Source: Eledone cirrhosa
Lineage: Eukaryota
Reading direction: 5' to 3'
NCBI GenBank assembly: GCA_964016885.1
Contig: OZ024742.1
Coordinates: 240,312,001-240,376,000, forward strand
Length of the DNA stretch: 64,000 nt
The position numbers were made by a program, and so were the translations under genes. Under the pieces are notes generated by a model. The model did not search any database, was not told the origin of the DNA, and was given only the letters and a program-made list of their open reading frames with translations. Shown piece by piece: positions 24,806-37,607 of the stretch. Position 1 is the stretch's first letter; the number at the start of each line of letters is the position of its first letter.

Positions 24806-26937
24806 TTAAAAAAAAAAAATCTCAGCCAGCATAGCTATTTGCATGTTTTTTTTTACATATCCCAAATAGTTTTGTAATTGCATGGGTTTCACATATTCAT
24901 AATTATAATTATTTTGCATGCTTCCCGATTCCATATAACTATTTATATAATCTATATTAGAGGGAGAAAATAGATGAACAGTAAATTCCATGCATTTTTT
25001 GTATGGATACAGAATCGCCAATGGTTAATTACCATGCATTGCCTAGTGGTAAGAGTGTTGGACTTACAATTATAATGTCATGGGTTTGATTCCTGGACTG
25101 AGTTGTGTGTTGTGTTCTTAAGCAAAACACTTCATTTCACGTTGTTCCAGTATACTCAGATGAAAATAAGTACCAGCAGTAACTGGAGGTTTAACTCTGT
25201 AATGGACTGGCATCCTGTCCAAGGATAGTCTTGTAGTTTCTGTCACTTAACACCACAGAAACCAAGGTAAGCACTGGCCTGATGAGCCTTCGTGCTCATG
25301 ACAACCTTTAGACATTTTTTAGAATGGTTAAGAGGTTTACTTCACAATAATTAGGTTTGGCTTCAGTCCCACTTTTACCATAACCTCATGTTGACCAAAA
25401 GCTTGTAAATGAAATTGGGTAGATAGAAACTGTTAGGAAAACCGTCAGATGAACTGTACCTATAATTCAAATGACCAACATTGTTTGACCCTGTGTTGTG
25501 TTGAATCTCCTTGAGAATTATGTTGAAGGTAAACAACTGTTTGGAAGCCCATCAGATGGACTGTACCTGTAATTCAAATGACCAACCTTGTCCCACCTTG
25601 TGACATGCTGAATCTCCCTGAGAATTATGTTGAAGGTACACATATCTGGGGAATGCTCAGCCAGTTATATATTAATTTAAGTAGAGGACAATCAGAGTTT
25701 TAAGGCACTCCGAACTGCCATGCATGGTTAGTTTCACTTTCCTTTAGAGAACCTACAACATTTGTTGAACCCAACAGAGGTCTGTTATCATTCGTTAATC
25801 AGTATCTGTCAAGAAATAAAAACTAGGGGTTTTAATTTTTAACACGCTGTTGGCAACATATGGCACCATAGAGTAATCTCCCTTTAATAGGTAATGCAGT
25901 GTCAAGGGAAACAACTCATAAAAATTACTAGAGCGCTAAAGGTTAAAGGAAATTCATCATCATTCATTTTCCTTGTTAGCAAGGGTTGTAAAGATTGTCA
26001 CAGACCAAGTCAGTAGTTAATTGTGGCTACTGACCTCTCAGACAGGCTTGGGACAGTATCTCGCTGACACATGTCCCTGCAATCTACAGAGTGCTCTGGT
26101 TGCATTTTATCATTTAGGGGTTGATAAAGTATTAACCCATTGCTAGTGCAGAATTGAGAGGGCAGTCTGTGTCTCCTCAGACACTGCATGGGCACTTAAA
26201 ACCCTTAGTGAAAGCATGGTATATACTACCAAGTTGTACTCGATTGTAAGTGATGGTTGTTTTTTTTTACGTTAGGACACAAATATAGATTATGGAACAA
26301 AAGTTTGCATTTCATAAATTATTCCAATCGTTCTTTTATGAATGCTTTCAAGCAATTATTAATTTTAAAGTGTTGGCAGAGTTGTTAAGAAGGCACATTG
26401 GCAGAGTTGTGTGTTGAATAATTCAGTGAATTAAAAGAAGGTTTTCATATATTATTATTATATTGTAAAAACCTTTTGTTAACCCTTTAGTATTTATGTT
26501 ACTCTATATTTACTATTGTATTTTCGCAGTAAAGTCTTTACCTCACATAATTATCTCACATAATATTGAATCTATGAGATTTTGATATTATTTATTTTAA
26601 GAACTATACCTTAACATAAGCATGAATAGCCAGTTACAGTCAGTTTGAATAGACAGAGGTGAGAGAGTTCTGGCCGGTTTAAATGCTTAAAGGGCTAAGT
26701 AATAGTCAAAATATCAGCTTAACTCTTAACATTCTGTAATACATAAAACGCCATTAGCAAGACATCTTGAAAATTACAAAACAAGACTATGACTGCATCA
26801 GATTAAAAATTAAAATTTTTTATTTAATTTATAGCAAATTTTCACAACAATGTCCACTAGTAAAGATACTATAATCATTTGAATAAACCTATTTTTAAAT
26901 ATTTTCTGCTAAATTATTAAAGGATTTTAAGAGTTGA

Positions 26938-27433
26938 CTAGCAGATTTGCCCGGGGTTTGAAATTATTCTAAGAATATACAGTTAGGAAGTAAATTGAAT
27001 GGAAAATCCCATAAGGATTTAGTTTTTATGGGTTTGCTGACACAGGCACGTGACTTACAAGAAAATCGATGCTCGCTTAAGAGCCTTTTAGTGCAGAGAA
27101 TAAACACCTACAATTTTGTCATGAGTGACAAAAAAAATGTGCAAGCTACAGCTGAAAGGTTGTAGGTCCCAACAGTTTGAATGGAAAGTCCCATAAGGAT
27201 TTTGTTTTGATTGATTTCTACCTTACATCATGCACTTTAGAAAAAATAATTTTGCTATCGATTTTTTATTGCTCAACGTGGGTTGATTTGAAAAATGTTT
27301 GTGATGTGATCATCTTAGCGACAGGTGCAACGTGCACAGAAAATTTGGTCAAATTCGGTTGGGAATTGTAAAAGCCTTAGCTGTCCAAAGTTGTCCACAG
27401 ACACACACACATCCTTACTTTTATATATATAGA
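26938..27433 (-). mobile_element. Non-autonomous Helitron
   Basis: Minus strand 5' TCTATATATATAAAAGTAAGGATGTGTG and 3' CCCCGGGCAAATCTGCTAG, at an A|T junction. Confidence 0.75.
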
Positions 27434-28018
27434 TAATGAAAAAATTAAGCTATATTGTTTAAGTCTTCAAAATTTTCATTATTTTCAAAATTAACTAAAA
27501 CATAAGCTGTGTATTTCATTAACCCTTTTGACATCAATCACCTAAACCTACTCCTGGTTCTATGATCTGATATTGTTTGGTTTAAAGTGTTTATATTTAT
27601 CAAAAAACTTCCATCATAATTTTATGTAAGAACTTTTATGTTCCAAACACCAGCTTAATAATAAGAAAATTAGATATATTTACTAAAGCTCCACTAAATT
27701 ATTGGTTATTTAACAAAATGATTTGAAAATCATAAGCTAAGTTTTTCATGGGAACTATGGTAACATATGGGTTAAATATATGATAACGAAAGGGTTAATT
27801 TTATAGCTATTGTGCCTCTTTCATTCTTTCATTTTTTTCTGGATGTTTCCTCAAATTTAATTAAAATTATACTGCCTGTGTAATTCTAGGAGTCATATTA
27901 TTTTAGTTTTTACAATTATTGTATATACGCATGTAAATATCAAATTTTTTTAGGTGAAATTTATGAATACTACTTTTGAGGGGCTGAAATGTACTATACA
28001 ATTCAAAATGCCGTTTCA

Positions 28019-28350
28019 TTAAACACATGCCCAAATGCATCTACACGAGGTGGGGAGAATACTTGGCCAATCTCCTAAACCGATGTACACAAGATGCATC
28101 TGGGAATGATGACGAACCTCACAGAAGCTGAGGTCACCAGAGCAATTAAAGTGCTCAAATGTGGCGAGAATGTGGAGAGAATGAAATTCAACCTTAAATA
28201 GAGATGTTATCCTCTGGTTGACTTGTGTATGCCAGGTGGCCTGGATCTCTGGAAAGGCACCTAAGCAATGGCAATCAGGACTGATAATCCCAATTTTTAA
28301 AAAGGGACACAAGAGAGGTTGCTCTAATTATAGAAGGATCTCCTTGTTAA
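28019..28350 (+). mobile_element. Decayed LINE RT N-terminal fragment; a related longer fragment lies at about 52260-53040
   Basis: Translates to P.QWQSGLIIPIFKKG..R.CSNYRRISLL, the LINE RT N-terminal motif. Confidence 0.75.
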
Positions 28351-29376
28351 TCTTCTCAAAATGAACTCTAAATGAATGAGTGAATAAATAAAATAAAACA
28401 ACAAAATAATGAATTAAGGGTTTCTTATTTTGGCCAAGGCCAGCAATTTGGAGGTGGAAAGTCAGTTACATCAACTCCAATACTCTCTCAACTAAAAACT
28501 CATAAATAAGACTGTATCAACATCATCACTTAAAGTCCATTTTCCCTGCTAGCAAGGGTTGGACAGGTTTACATAAACCATGTCAGTACTGAAAGCGGGG
28601 CTACTTGATCTCCCAGACAAGCTGGGGTCTCCATCTCGCTTGTGTACTGTTTCGCATTCTACTGTGAGTTTTTGATACAACTAAAGGGTCCTCCCAACTC
28701 TTTGTCATGTAGATCATTTAGATCATGTAGATCACCAACACTAGGGAGACTGTCATATCCTTCACACAACTGAAGGGGTCCCTTAACCCTTTGTTTGGCA
28801 AGCTTTCTACAGCTGGATAGCCTTCTTATCACCAACCACTTTACAGCATGTCCTAGGTGTGTTTATCATGTAGATCACTAACACTAGAGAAACTGGCATG
28901 TCCTTCATACAACTGATGGATTCTCCCAACGCTTTATAAATATTTACATTTGTGCAGAACATAATAGTGTAGAAAACTTCATTTCCTCATATCTTGATTC
29001 ATAAATATTGTTCTATTGTCTCTGAAGAACTAGGGTCAACCTTTACATGAGATATGGGGAAATATCAAAATTTTTTGTGATAAAGAATAGTATCAGCTTT
29101 TATATGGGATTGACTTTTACATGAGTATATACAGTAATTTGTTTTTTAATATAGATAGTTGAAATTTTATTATAGTTTTGTGTCCTTTATTATTTATTCC
29201 ATTTGAGTGTTGTGTTTGTTTTTATCTCATTTCATATGAAATAGTTATTTTTTTGTAGTTAATGTTTGATTGACTTTTTGAACAACTGGATATATTTCTT
29301 ACCAACCTATATTTAGTCTTTATTGCATAATATAAATATTCTATTTCAGCCCCTCCCCCAACAAAAAAAATTATTG

Positions 29377-29416
<40 letters not shown>

Positions 29417-29429
29417 CATCCTTATAAGG

Positions 29430-29660
29430 GTTGTGGATTGACAGAATCATTAAATCGTCAGACAAAATCCTTTTGGGGATTTAGTTCTGGCTCTTTATGT
29501 TCTGAGTTAAAATCACACCGAGGTCAACTTTGCCATTCATCCTTCCGAGGTCGATAAAATAAAGTACCAGTCAAGTACTGGAGTCGATATAATTGACTTT
29601 CCCCTTCCTCTAGATTGCTGGCCTTGTGCCAAAATTAGAAATCATTATTTTTATTATTTT
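29430..29660 (+). mobile_element. tRNA-derived SINE with GCCTTTCATCCTT..GGTCGATAAAATAAAGTACCAG core (MetaSINE-like). Many copies, e.g. about 1000-1140, 19575-19790, 30690-31640 (cluster), 34610-34800, 43460-43920, 59790-60000 (minus).
   Basis: Repeated TTCTGAGTTCAAATCC B-box, conserved core and (ATT)n tail. Confidence 0.8.
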
Positions 29661-29900
29661 TACTGTTGTTATTATTATCATTAATCCCACAACGAACTGC
29701 ATGCTGTTTTATCGTAGACTCTTCATTTGCCTTGGTCAATGTCCTCCTCCCTTCCTCAACCCCATATCCCTTACACAACACACACACACATACTCACATG
29801 TACATACATACATGCTCACACATTTAGAGGAAATACTACTTTTCCTTGTGTATCTCATTTGTTTTTTCACACACCATTACTTTATTTTGAGTGGGTTCAA

Positions 29901-30007
29901 CCTTTAATGCGCTGTTGGTGACAAATTGCAACAATAGAGTAATCTCCCTTTAATACGTAATACAGTGTCAAGGGAAGCAATTCATAAAAAATTCAGCGTG
30001 CTAAAGG
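29901..30007. mobile_element. TTAA-associated MITE family D, about 105 bp. Other copies: about 25840-25942 and 53730-53828.
   Basis: CCTTTAATGCGCTG ... CAGCGTGCTAAAGG|TTAA, with shared core ATAGAGTAATCTCCCTTTAATA..TAATGCAGTGTCAAGGGAA. Confidence 0.7.
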
Positions 30008-30182
30008 TTAAATCTTCATCTTCATATTAAGACCAATTCCAGCTTTATATTACTTAAATATTCAAATCTTCACCTTCCTATTAAGATAAATTCCAGTTAT
30101 TAAAAAAAATTTTTTTTATTTAAATACAAGCAACAAAAAAAAAAGAATCTCAACAATGATCTTGTATTAACTTATTTTTCAG

Positions 30183-30209
30183 AGGTTTCTCCAGGCCCGC
30201 CTCCTCCAG
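30183..30209 (+). CDS. C2CD5: Candidate 27-nt symmetric (phase 1-1) microexon of C2CD5, (E)VSPGPPPP(G)
   Basis: ttatttttcag acceptor and CAG|gtgag donor. A GC-rich island in an AT-rich intron. Phase matches the flanking exons 20827-21698 and 37486-37607. Confidence 0.6.
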
Positions 30210-30527
30210 GTGAGCTGTGGTACCAAATGCTATTTTGTTGGGTAGTCTTTGTCTAGTTGGTGTTGTTCTGTTTGTCTATTCGTACATAATGTAACCGTAA
30301 TGTAATATAGGGTGTTGTCATTTAGTGCAAAATATTCTTGTCACCAGATGCCTTAGTTAAATCCAAACCCGCTCTGTCTTACAAAAACATTCCTGCTTCG
30401 TCGTAAAACCAGTTGACTTATTATTATTATTTGTCTTATTTGTTGCTATACAACCCAGCTAAGTTCTCTGATCAGTTTAGAAAGTATATTTTTTTGTTTT
30501 ACTGCTGTTTCTTGTATTTTTTATTAT

Positions 30528-30597
<70 letters not shown>

Positions 30598-32648
30598 TTT
30601 TTTTTTTAATGGTTAGAAAAAGAAAAAAAATGTTCTGTTTACTTTGCGTGTAAGTAAATTTCTGAAATGCATCGTTACTAGATTACTAAAGGTGGTAAAT
30701 TGTCAGAGTCATTAGAATGTCAGATAGAATGCTTTGCTGTATTTGTTCCAGATCTTTATATTCTGAGTTTGAATCTTATTGGAGTCTACTTTGCCTTTCA
30801 TCCTTAACATATCAGTGGAAACAATGATTGACTTAAAAAGCATTGGGAAAATTTGAAATTTGAAATGTTTGTGTCTCAATGCAAGTGACCATAATAATAA
30901 TTGTTTCTATTTTTGGTACAAGGCCAGCAATTATCCCAGTGCATTACTGGTACTTTATCTTATTGACCCTGTAAGGATGAAAGGCAAAGTTAACCTTGGC
31001 GGAATTTGAATAATAATAATTGATCACTATAAATATTTAGAGTGATCAACTGTTATTATTATTAGGCAGTAATGGTAGAACGTCAAATCCCCCCGAAGTT
31101 AGCTTTGTCTTTCATTCTTATGGGGTCTATAAAATAAAGTTGGTACTTTAATGCACTGGTGACGATTTAATCAACTTCCCCTCCCCCGAAATTGTTGACC
31201 TTCTGCCTAAATCAGAAACCATGTGGATTAGTAGTATTGGTAGAGTGTCAGACACCGTACTTTGAAGTATAGAGTTAAGGCCCTTTGGGTTCTGAGTTCA
31301 AATCTTGCCGAGGTTAGCTTTGCCTTTCATCCTATGGGATCAATAAAATAAAATAAAGTACCAGTAATGCACTCCGAAAATTGGTGGCCTTCTGCCTAAA
31401 TCAGAAGCCATCATTGTTAGGGTCATTGGCAGTAACGGTAACTTGTCAGTTACCATGCTTTGTGGATTAGAGTTACATCCTTTTATGTACTGAGTTCAAA
31501 TCCCTTGTGGTTAGCTTTGCTTTTCATCCTTACAGGGTCAATAAAATAATGTACTAGTGAGGTACTAGAGTCGATTTAATCGACTTTCCCCTTCCCTTCA
31601 AATTGCTGGCCTTGTATCAAATGTAGAAACAGTTATTATGGCCATTTGCATTAGGACATCTCATTTCAAAGTTTAATGTACCAATGAAGTACACCCCAAA
31701 AAGTGCTGGCCTTGTTCATAAATTTAAGAAAAATATTATTACTAAAGTAATAGGAAGTTTCTGGACTATAAAAGCAAAGTATGCCTCATATATATCATGT
31801 TTCTATGTTCAACTCTATATTTTGATTCCTCTATCCTTTGATCTGTTTACAAAATGTTTCACTCTATGAACAAAAGGGTGGCTGTATGATGCACATGTGT
31901 GTGAAGCATGGGCAGCAAATGCAGATGATATGCAAAGGCTGGAGAGAAATGGTGTATGAACAGTGAAGTATGGTGGAGCTGAGAGAGAAACTCTTGGGCA
32001 TGAGAGGAATCAAATGTAGTACGTAAGAGAGAAGACGGCACTAGTATGGACATATGGTGTGTGTGGATGATGATCTTAGGATGAAGTGCTAGGGGTTCCC
32101 TGTGGAAAGAAGCTGCAGTAAAGGAAAACCAAGGATGACATTGAACCTCACAGAGAAACACAAGTGGAGGGAAAGTGTAAAAACATATGTAAAAAGGATG
32201 ATAATGATGTCTAGCACAGCCCTATTTACATGTCTCTAGGCTGGGATTCAAGAGATGTATGTGTGTGTGTACATATAATCAACATCATCATTATTTTACA
32301 TCTGTTTTTCCACACTGGAATGGGTTAGAGGTGCTGTAATAGACCAAGCTGATACTTGGTATGGGTGAGAAGTACTGTTAAAGAATAAGTTGATACTTAA
32401 TCAAAGCTACTGTCCTCCTAGAGGGGTTAGGGGACTACATTTCACTTACATATATTCTAACCTTGACAGGGTTTCTATGGCTGGATACCCTTCTTCATAT
32501 CATAATGTATGTGTGTTTGTTCAAAATGTGATTACGTCTGTGAAACTAGTAAATGAATAAAGAATATAACACATTTTACTCTCTGAAATATGAAGTATTG
32601 AGTAGTTTGTATTTGTAAACCTTATTCTCAAGAATAAAATACAGGATT

Positions 32649-32682
<34 letters not shown>

Positions 32683-34538
32683 GTGTGTGTCTGTGTGTGT
32701 ACTGAAGAACCTGGAACAGCAATGCTGGATCATACGGTATGGAGCTTGATTGTCAGAATGTTCCAACCATCCAGGTGAAAGGATGATGATGAAAGCTGCA
32801 AATGTAAGCAGTAAATTTCATTTTACCTTCATGGTTGTGTGGTTAAGAAATTCACTTTGCAACCATGTGGCTTCAAGTTTTATTCCACTGCATGGATTCT
32901 TATCCAAATGTCTTCTACTGTAACCACACATATATGTGTGTGTGCGTATTCATATTGATACCATTGATGCATTTGTTTATGCCCAGCATAAACAAAATGA
33001 GAATCTACTGATCAAATTGTAATGCTGATCAAAGATACATGTTATATGAGGTTATTAGTCTGGAAATCTTTTTAGTATTTCTTTCTTCTTTTCAAAATTT
33101 ATTCAATTCTTTAAAAAAATATTTTTAATATGTCAAATGATTTGTTTAACTCTTAACATCCTGTAATAATTTAGCAGAAAATGTTTAAAAACGAATTTGT
33201 TAATTCAAATGTTTATAGTATCTCTACCAGTGAACAGATCATTGTTAAAATTTGCAGTATTAGAGAAAAGACATTAATTTTTAATGTGATAGTCAGAAGA
33301 AGATTAGGTCTTGAAATCAGACCAAGATATGCATCACCTATCAGTTTGGTTGGCCTATTCTTCATTAATATGTTTTATAGCTGCTTTTTTTTTTAATCAT
33401 TTGACCATTCTACCTCTGGATGTAATCATAGTGCTGTTTCATAGTTTTCAAGAATGTCTTGCTAATGCAGTTACATGTGGTACAGGATGTTAAGAGTTAA
33501 ATCTCCATATTTTAATTTGGCTCAAAATGATCAAGAAAAAACATTTTCATTTTTCCTCTTCATCATCTTTATGAGTTTTTCTTTTTGTTTTGTTTGATTA
33601 GTGCTCAGCACAGGAGATAGACTCCCACTAACCTGAGTTAGTTTCCATTCATATGTGAAGCTAAGTACCTCACCCTGCTGATAATCTTTCATAAAGATAT
33701 GAATGTAATACAATTACCAGTATAAAATTTAAGCTTTGTAATAAAATGTATACATTTTATGATGCTACAGTCTTGTACCATCATTAGCTTCCTAGAAACT
33801 TATCCTAATATCTAATCCAGTATATCTATGATAATTTTAGCAACAAAATAGGTTATTTCAGCTTTATAATAATAATAATAATAATAATGAAATCAGATAT
33901 TTAAGCTGAATGATTTTTTCCACAGATAAAATTATATTGAACTTCAAGGCCAGCCAAAATGATGTAGGCCTTTATTGGGATTTTTTAAATTCCTATACCA
34001 GCTCTGTACCTAAACATGTATTGAGTACTAACCTGATCTGGTGTCTTCCTGGTCTCCATACCACAACACTTCATAAACACACACACATATATCATCATCA
34101 CCGTTTAACGTTCATTTTCCATGCTAATATGGGTTAGACGAGTTGCCTGTTGTGAGACAAGTCAGGTTTGATGACCATGACTTGCTCATACAGGACTGGT
34201 TTTGGCTTGGTTTCTATGGCTGGATGCCCTTCCTAACACCAACCACATTTACAGTGTGTGCTGGGTGCTTTTTGTCGTGACACCTACATGACCACTTTAC
34301 AGTGTGGGCTGGGCGCTTTTTGTCATGACACCTACACCACGACCACTTTACAGATATATGTATAAAAGAAAAGTCAACATGCAAAAACAGTAGAAGTCAA
34401 CAACAGAATACAATAATGGAATATTAGTATAACGCTTAATAGAGCTGGAAAAGAGTTTTAATGTTTCTGATGCCAGTCCTTAATCAGAAGATAGAAACAA
34501 GAAAACATAAAATGTTTGGGAGAAACAAAAAAAGTGAG

Positions 34539-34572
<34 letters not shown>

Positions 34573-35340
34573 GAGGGGAAGGGGGTCCTTGTAGTTGCTA
34601 GTCAGCCATCATTGTGGATTGGCAGTATCGGGAGACGGTCAGACGCCATGCTTTGCAGAATGGAGTTACGGCCCTTTACAGTCTGAGTTCAATTCCTCCC
34701 GGGGTCAACTTTGCCTTTCATCCTTACGGGGTCGATAAAATAAAGTACCAGTAATGCACTGGGTAATTGCTGGTCTTGTGCCAAATGTAGAAACAATTAT
34801 TAGACACAAGAGCTTTAATGCCATTTTCCCCCCTAAAGCAAAGGTTAGCTCTGCGAACCCTCTGAAAACTCCATATTCATCATGAGGCCCTTTTGAGGAA
34901 TTTATTTCTTTACAGCCTTTAATGACCTTCATATATATCATCACCCTCTTCATGTTAGCATAGATTGGGAGGTCATCACTGACCAAGCCAGCACTTAATC
35001 AGGGTCAGTGTCTTCACAGACAGGTTGAGAGTGCATCTCACTTACATATGTTCTTACACTTTACAGAGTGTACCGGGTGCATTTTGTGGCACCAACATTA
35101 GGGAGGTTGTTGTGGCCTTGACACAACTGAAGCTGAAGAGTCCTCTCAGCCCCATGACTGGATGCCCTTCCTAACAGCAATCACTTTACAGGGAGTACTA
35201 GGTGCATTTTATTGTGGCATTAGTGCTAGAGTAGTGGTTTTGCCCATGGCATGGCATAGTAAAGAGATGTGATTGTTTAAAATGAAATATTTCATTCTTC
35301 CTTATGTCTATAGATAAACAAATAAAATAAATATAGTAAT

Positions 35341-35839
35341 ATATATAAGTATAAAGAATGATGTGCTCAAGAACAGAGATAAGCTATAAAATAGCTTATA
35401 AAATAAGGTGAAGACACTAAACCCATTAACATTTAAACCGGCCATATCCGGTCACAATTCTCTCGCCTCTTTCTGTTCAAACTGCCTGTAACTGGCCACT
35501 CATACTGATGTTAAGGTATTGTTCTCAAAATATATAATATCAAAATTGCATAGATTCGATATTATGTGAGATAATTATGTAAGATAAAGCCTTTACCATG
35601 AAAATATAATAGTAAATATAGAGTAATATGAATGGTAAAGGGTTAAAAGACAGAGAAAGAAACTGCCATTGGCTGCTATGAGGAACTGAACCACATATCT
35701 CCCAGAAATATTGAAGATGTGGGGTTCAATTCCTCATAGCAGCTGATAGCAACCTCTTTTTCCAAAACTTCTTTTTTTTTAAGTGTCTTCACCCTATTTG
35801 ATAGCATCTCTGTGCTTGAGTACATCATCCTTTATACTT

Positions 35840-35845
<6 letters not shown>
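35341..35845. repeat. Foldback element with tRNA-like centre, interrupted by a family A MITE
   Basis: TAAGTATAAAGAATGATGTGCTCAAGAACAGAGAT...GGTGAAGACACT is mirrored at 35780-35845. The central arms are GCTGCTATGAGGAACTGAACC and GGTTCAATTCCTCATAGCAGC. Confidence 0.8.
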
Positions 35846-35897
<52 letters not shown>

Positions 35898-35905
35898 ATA
35901 TATAT

Positions 35906-36100
35906 AAGATTTAATATAGAAATGGCTTCTACAGGACTAGAACTGTTTTATTCGAAGGAAATCATCAGGGTTTTCCTGATGGTTTCCTTCGAATGAAACA
36001 GTACTAGTCCTGTAGAAGCCATTTCTATATTAAATCTTGTATATACTCTACTATGTATTCAGTACCTTACTTACTGTGGTTTTCCCTGATTGAACCCGGA
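35906..36100 (+). mobile_element. Short palindromic element, copy 2
   Basis: Same hairpin and unique arm as 13728-13900, between (TA)n/(TG)n and (CA)n/(TA)n. Confidence 0.6.
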
Positions 36101-36150
<50 letters not shown>

Positions 36151-37485
36151 AATCTCAGCCCTTAAAAGTCCACGAATTCAGCTGCGTATATTCTTTTATT
36201 TTATTATAATAATAGGTTCCTGTTGCTTCACTTTGAACTTGACATTTCTAATTGTTAGTTTTAGACTCTTGTCTTGTAGAGCTTCTCCTCTCCATTAATG
36301 TGTTGGCTGACAATGCTACCAGTTGTTTTACCGTTAGTCTTTAAATACATTGAAATACATACCTTCACATACACATGGATGTGTCTACATGTACACATAA
36401 ACATACATGCAAGGGCATATGTACAAACACTTATGTATACATATGTATGCATACACACATGTACATACATAAGTTGATGTATGTACATGTGTATATCAGC
36501 ACCATTCATCATTATTGTCACCGTTTAACGTCTAATTTTCCACGCTTGCATACTTTGGACAGGTTTTCACGTTATGAGACAAGTCAGGTAACCAGCTCTT
36601 GCTCATACAGATCTGTATTTTGGCTTGGTTTCTACAGCTGGATAGCCTTGCTAATGCCAACTACATTACAGTGTGGACTGGGTGCTTTTTGTTGTGGCAC
36701 CAAAACGACAATCCGACAGGGTGCTTTTTCATCATGTCACCAGCACAACCACCTTACAGGGTGCAGTAGGCACTGTAAATGTATATACATATACACACAT
36801 GTATATATACATTCAGAGAGAACCAGTGAACTATGAACTCCACGGTATTGTGAAGGTTCACAGGCAACCTGATACAAGACCTGAGGCCAGGGAGATTCAT
36901 AGTTATAGTCAATGTGCAAAGGAATGCAAGTCTCTAGCAGGGTTGCAGAGCCATATCTGAGCATCACACATCTGAATCTGACAAGCAATTGCAATACTCT
37001 TAGCAGAGTTTGCAGCCATCATGTATGTACACATATACATAAATGAATGTACATATGTCCACTCTCTCCAAACACTTATACAGGCTCATATTTATGCATG
37101 TTTCATCCCCATGAATATATACAGACTCATTTACATTCACCCTCACTCAAGCAAATATAATATTTACAAATGCTTGCCACACATGAATGTACTCAAGTTT
37201 TTTTTTTCCATCTATATAATTTCATTCACAACTGTTTTTCGTTTGTTTTTTTTCTTTTTCATTTTTTGGTTATTTTTTTTTTTCTCCAAATTCTTTTTAC
37301 TTTCTCAAACCTCTCCAACAATACTTCACAGAAAACACACACACACACTCTCTCTCTGTCTCTCTCTCCCTTACCTCCCTCCCCTCCCCCGACAACCTTT
37401 CATTTTTTAGTGTTTTATATTTGTTGATGCCTTCATTTTGTCTTTAGTTAAGTTGAATTTTGGCTTGATTTGCTGTGACTCGCAG

Positions 37486-37607
37486 GGGGTAGTCTGACAG
37501 GCAGCAGTGGGAGTGGGAGTGGAACTGGAGTCCTGAGTGGAATATCTGGGAGAGCGGCAGGACACAAACCAGGGATGCCGCAGCCACAGCCAACCATTGA
37601 CATGTTG
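37486..37607 (+). CDS. C2CD5: C2CD5 exon, GGSLTGSSGSGSGTGVLSGISGRAAGHKPGMPQPQPTIDML
   Basis: cgcag acceptor, TTG|gtaag donor, phase 1 to 0. It links the SSDSDLSTTPK exon to the EYPFFT exon. The Gly/Ser-rich content matches the vertebrate GMGSGSAG segment. Confidence 0.8.

Noticed and set aside
37448-37485. Upstream alternative acceptor (tctttag at 37447)
   Set aside because: It adds 38 nt, shifts the frame and reaches TGA within a few codons.
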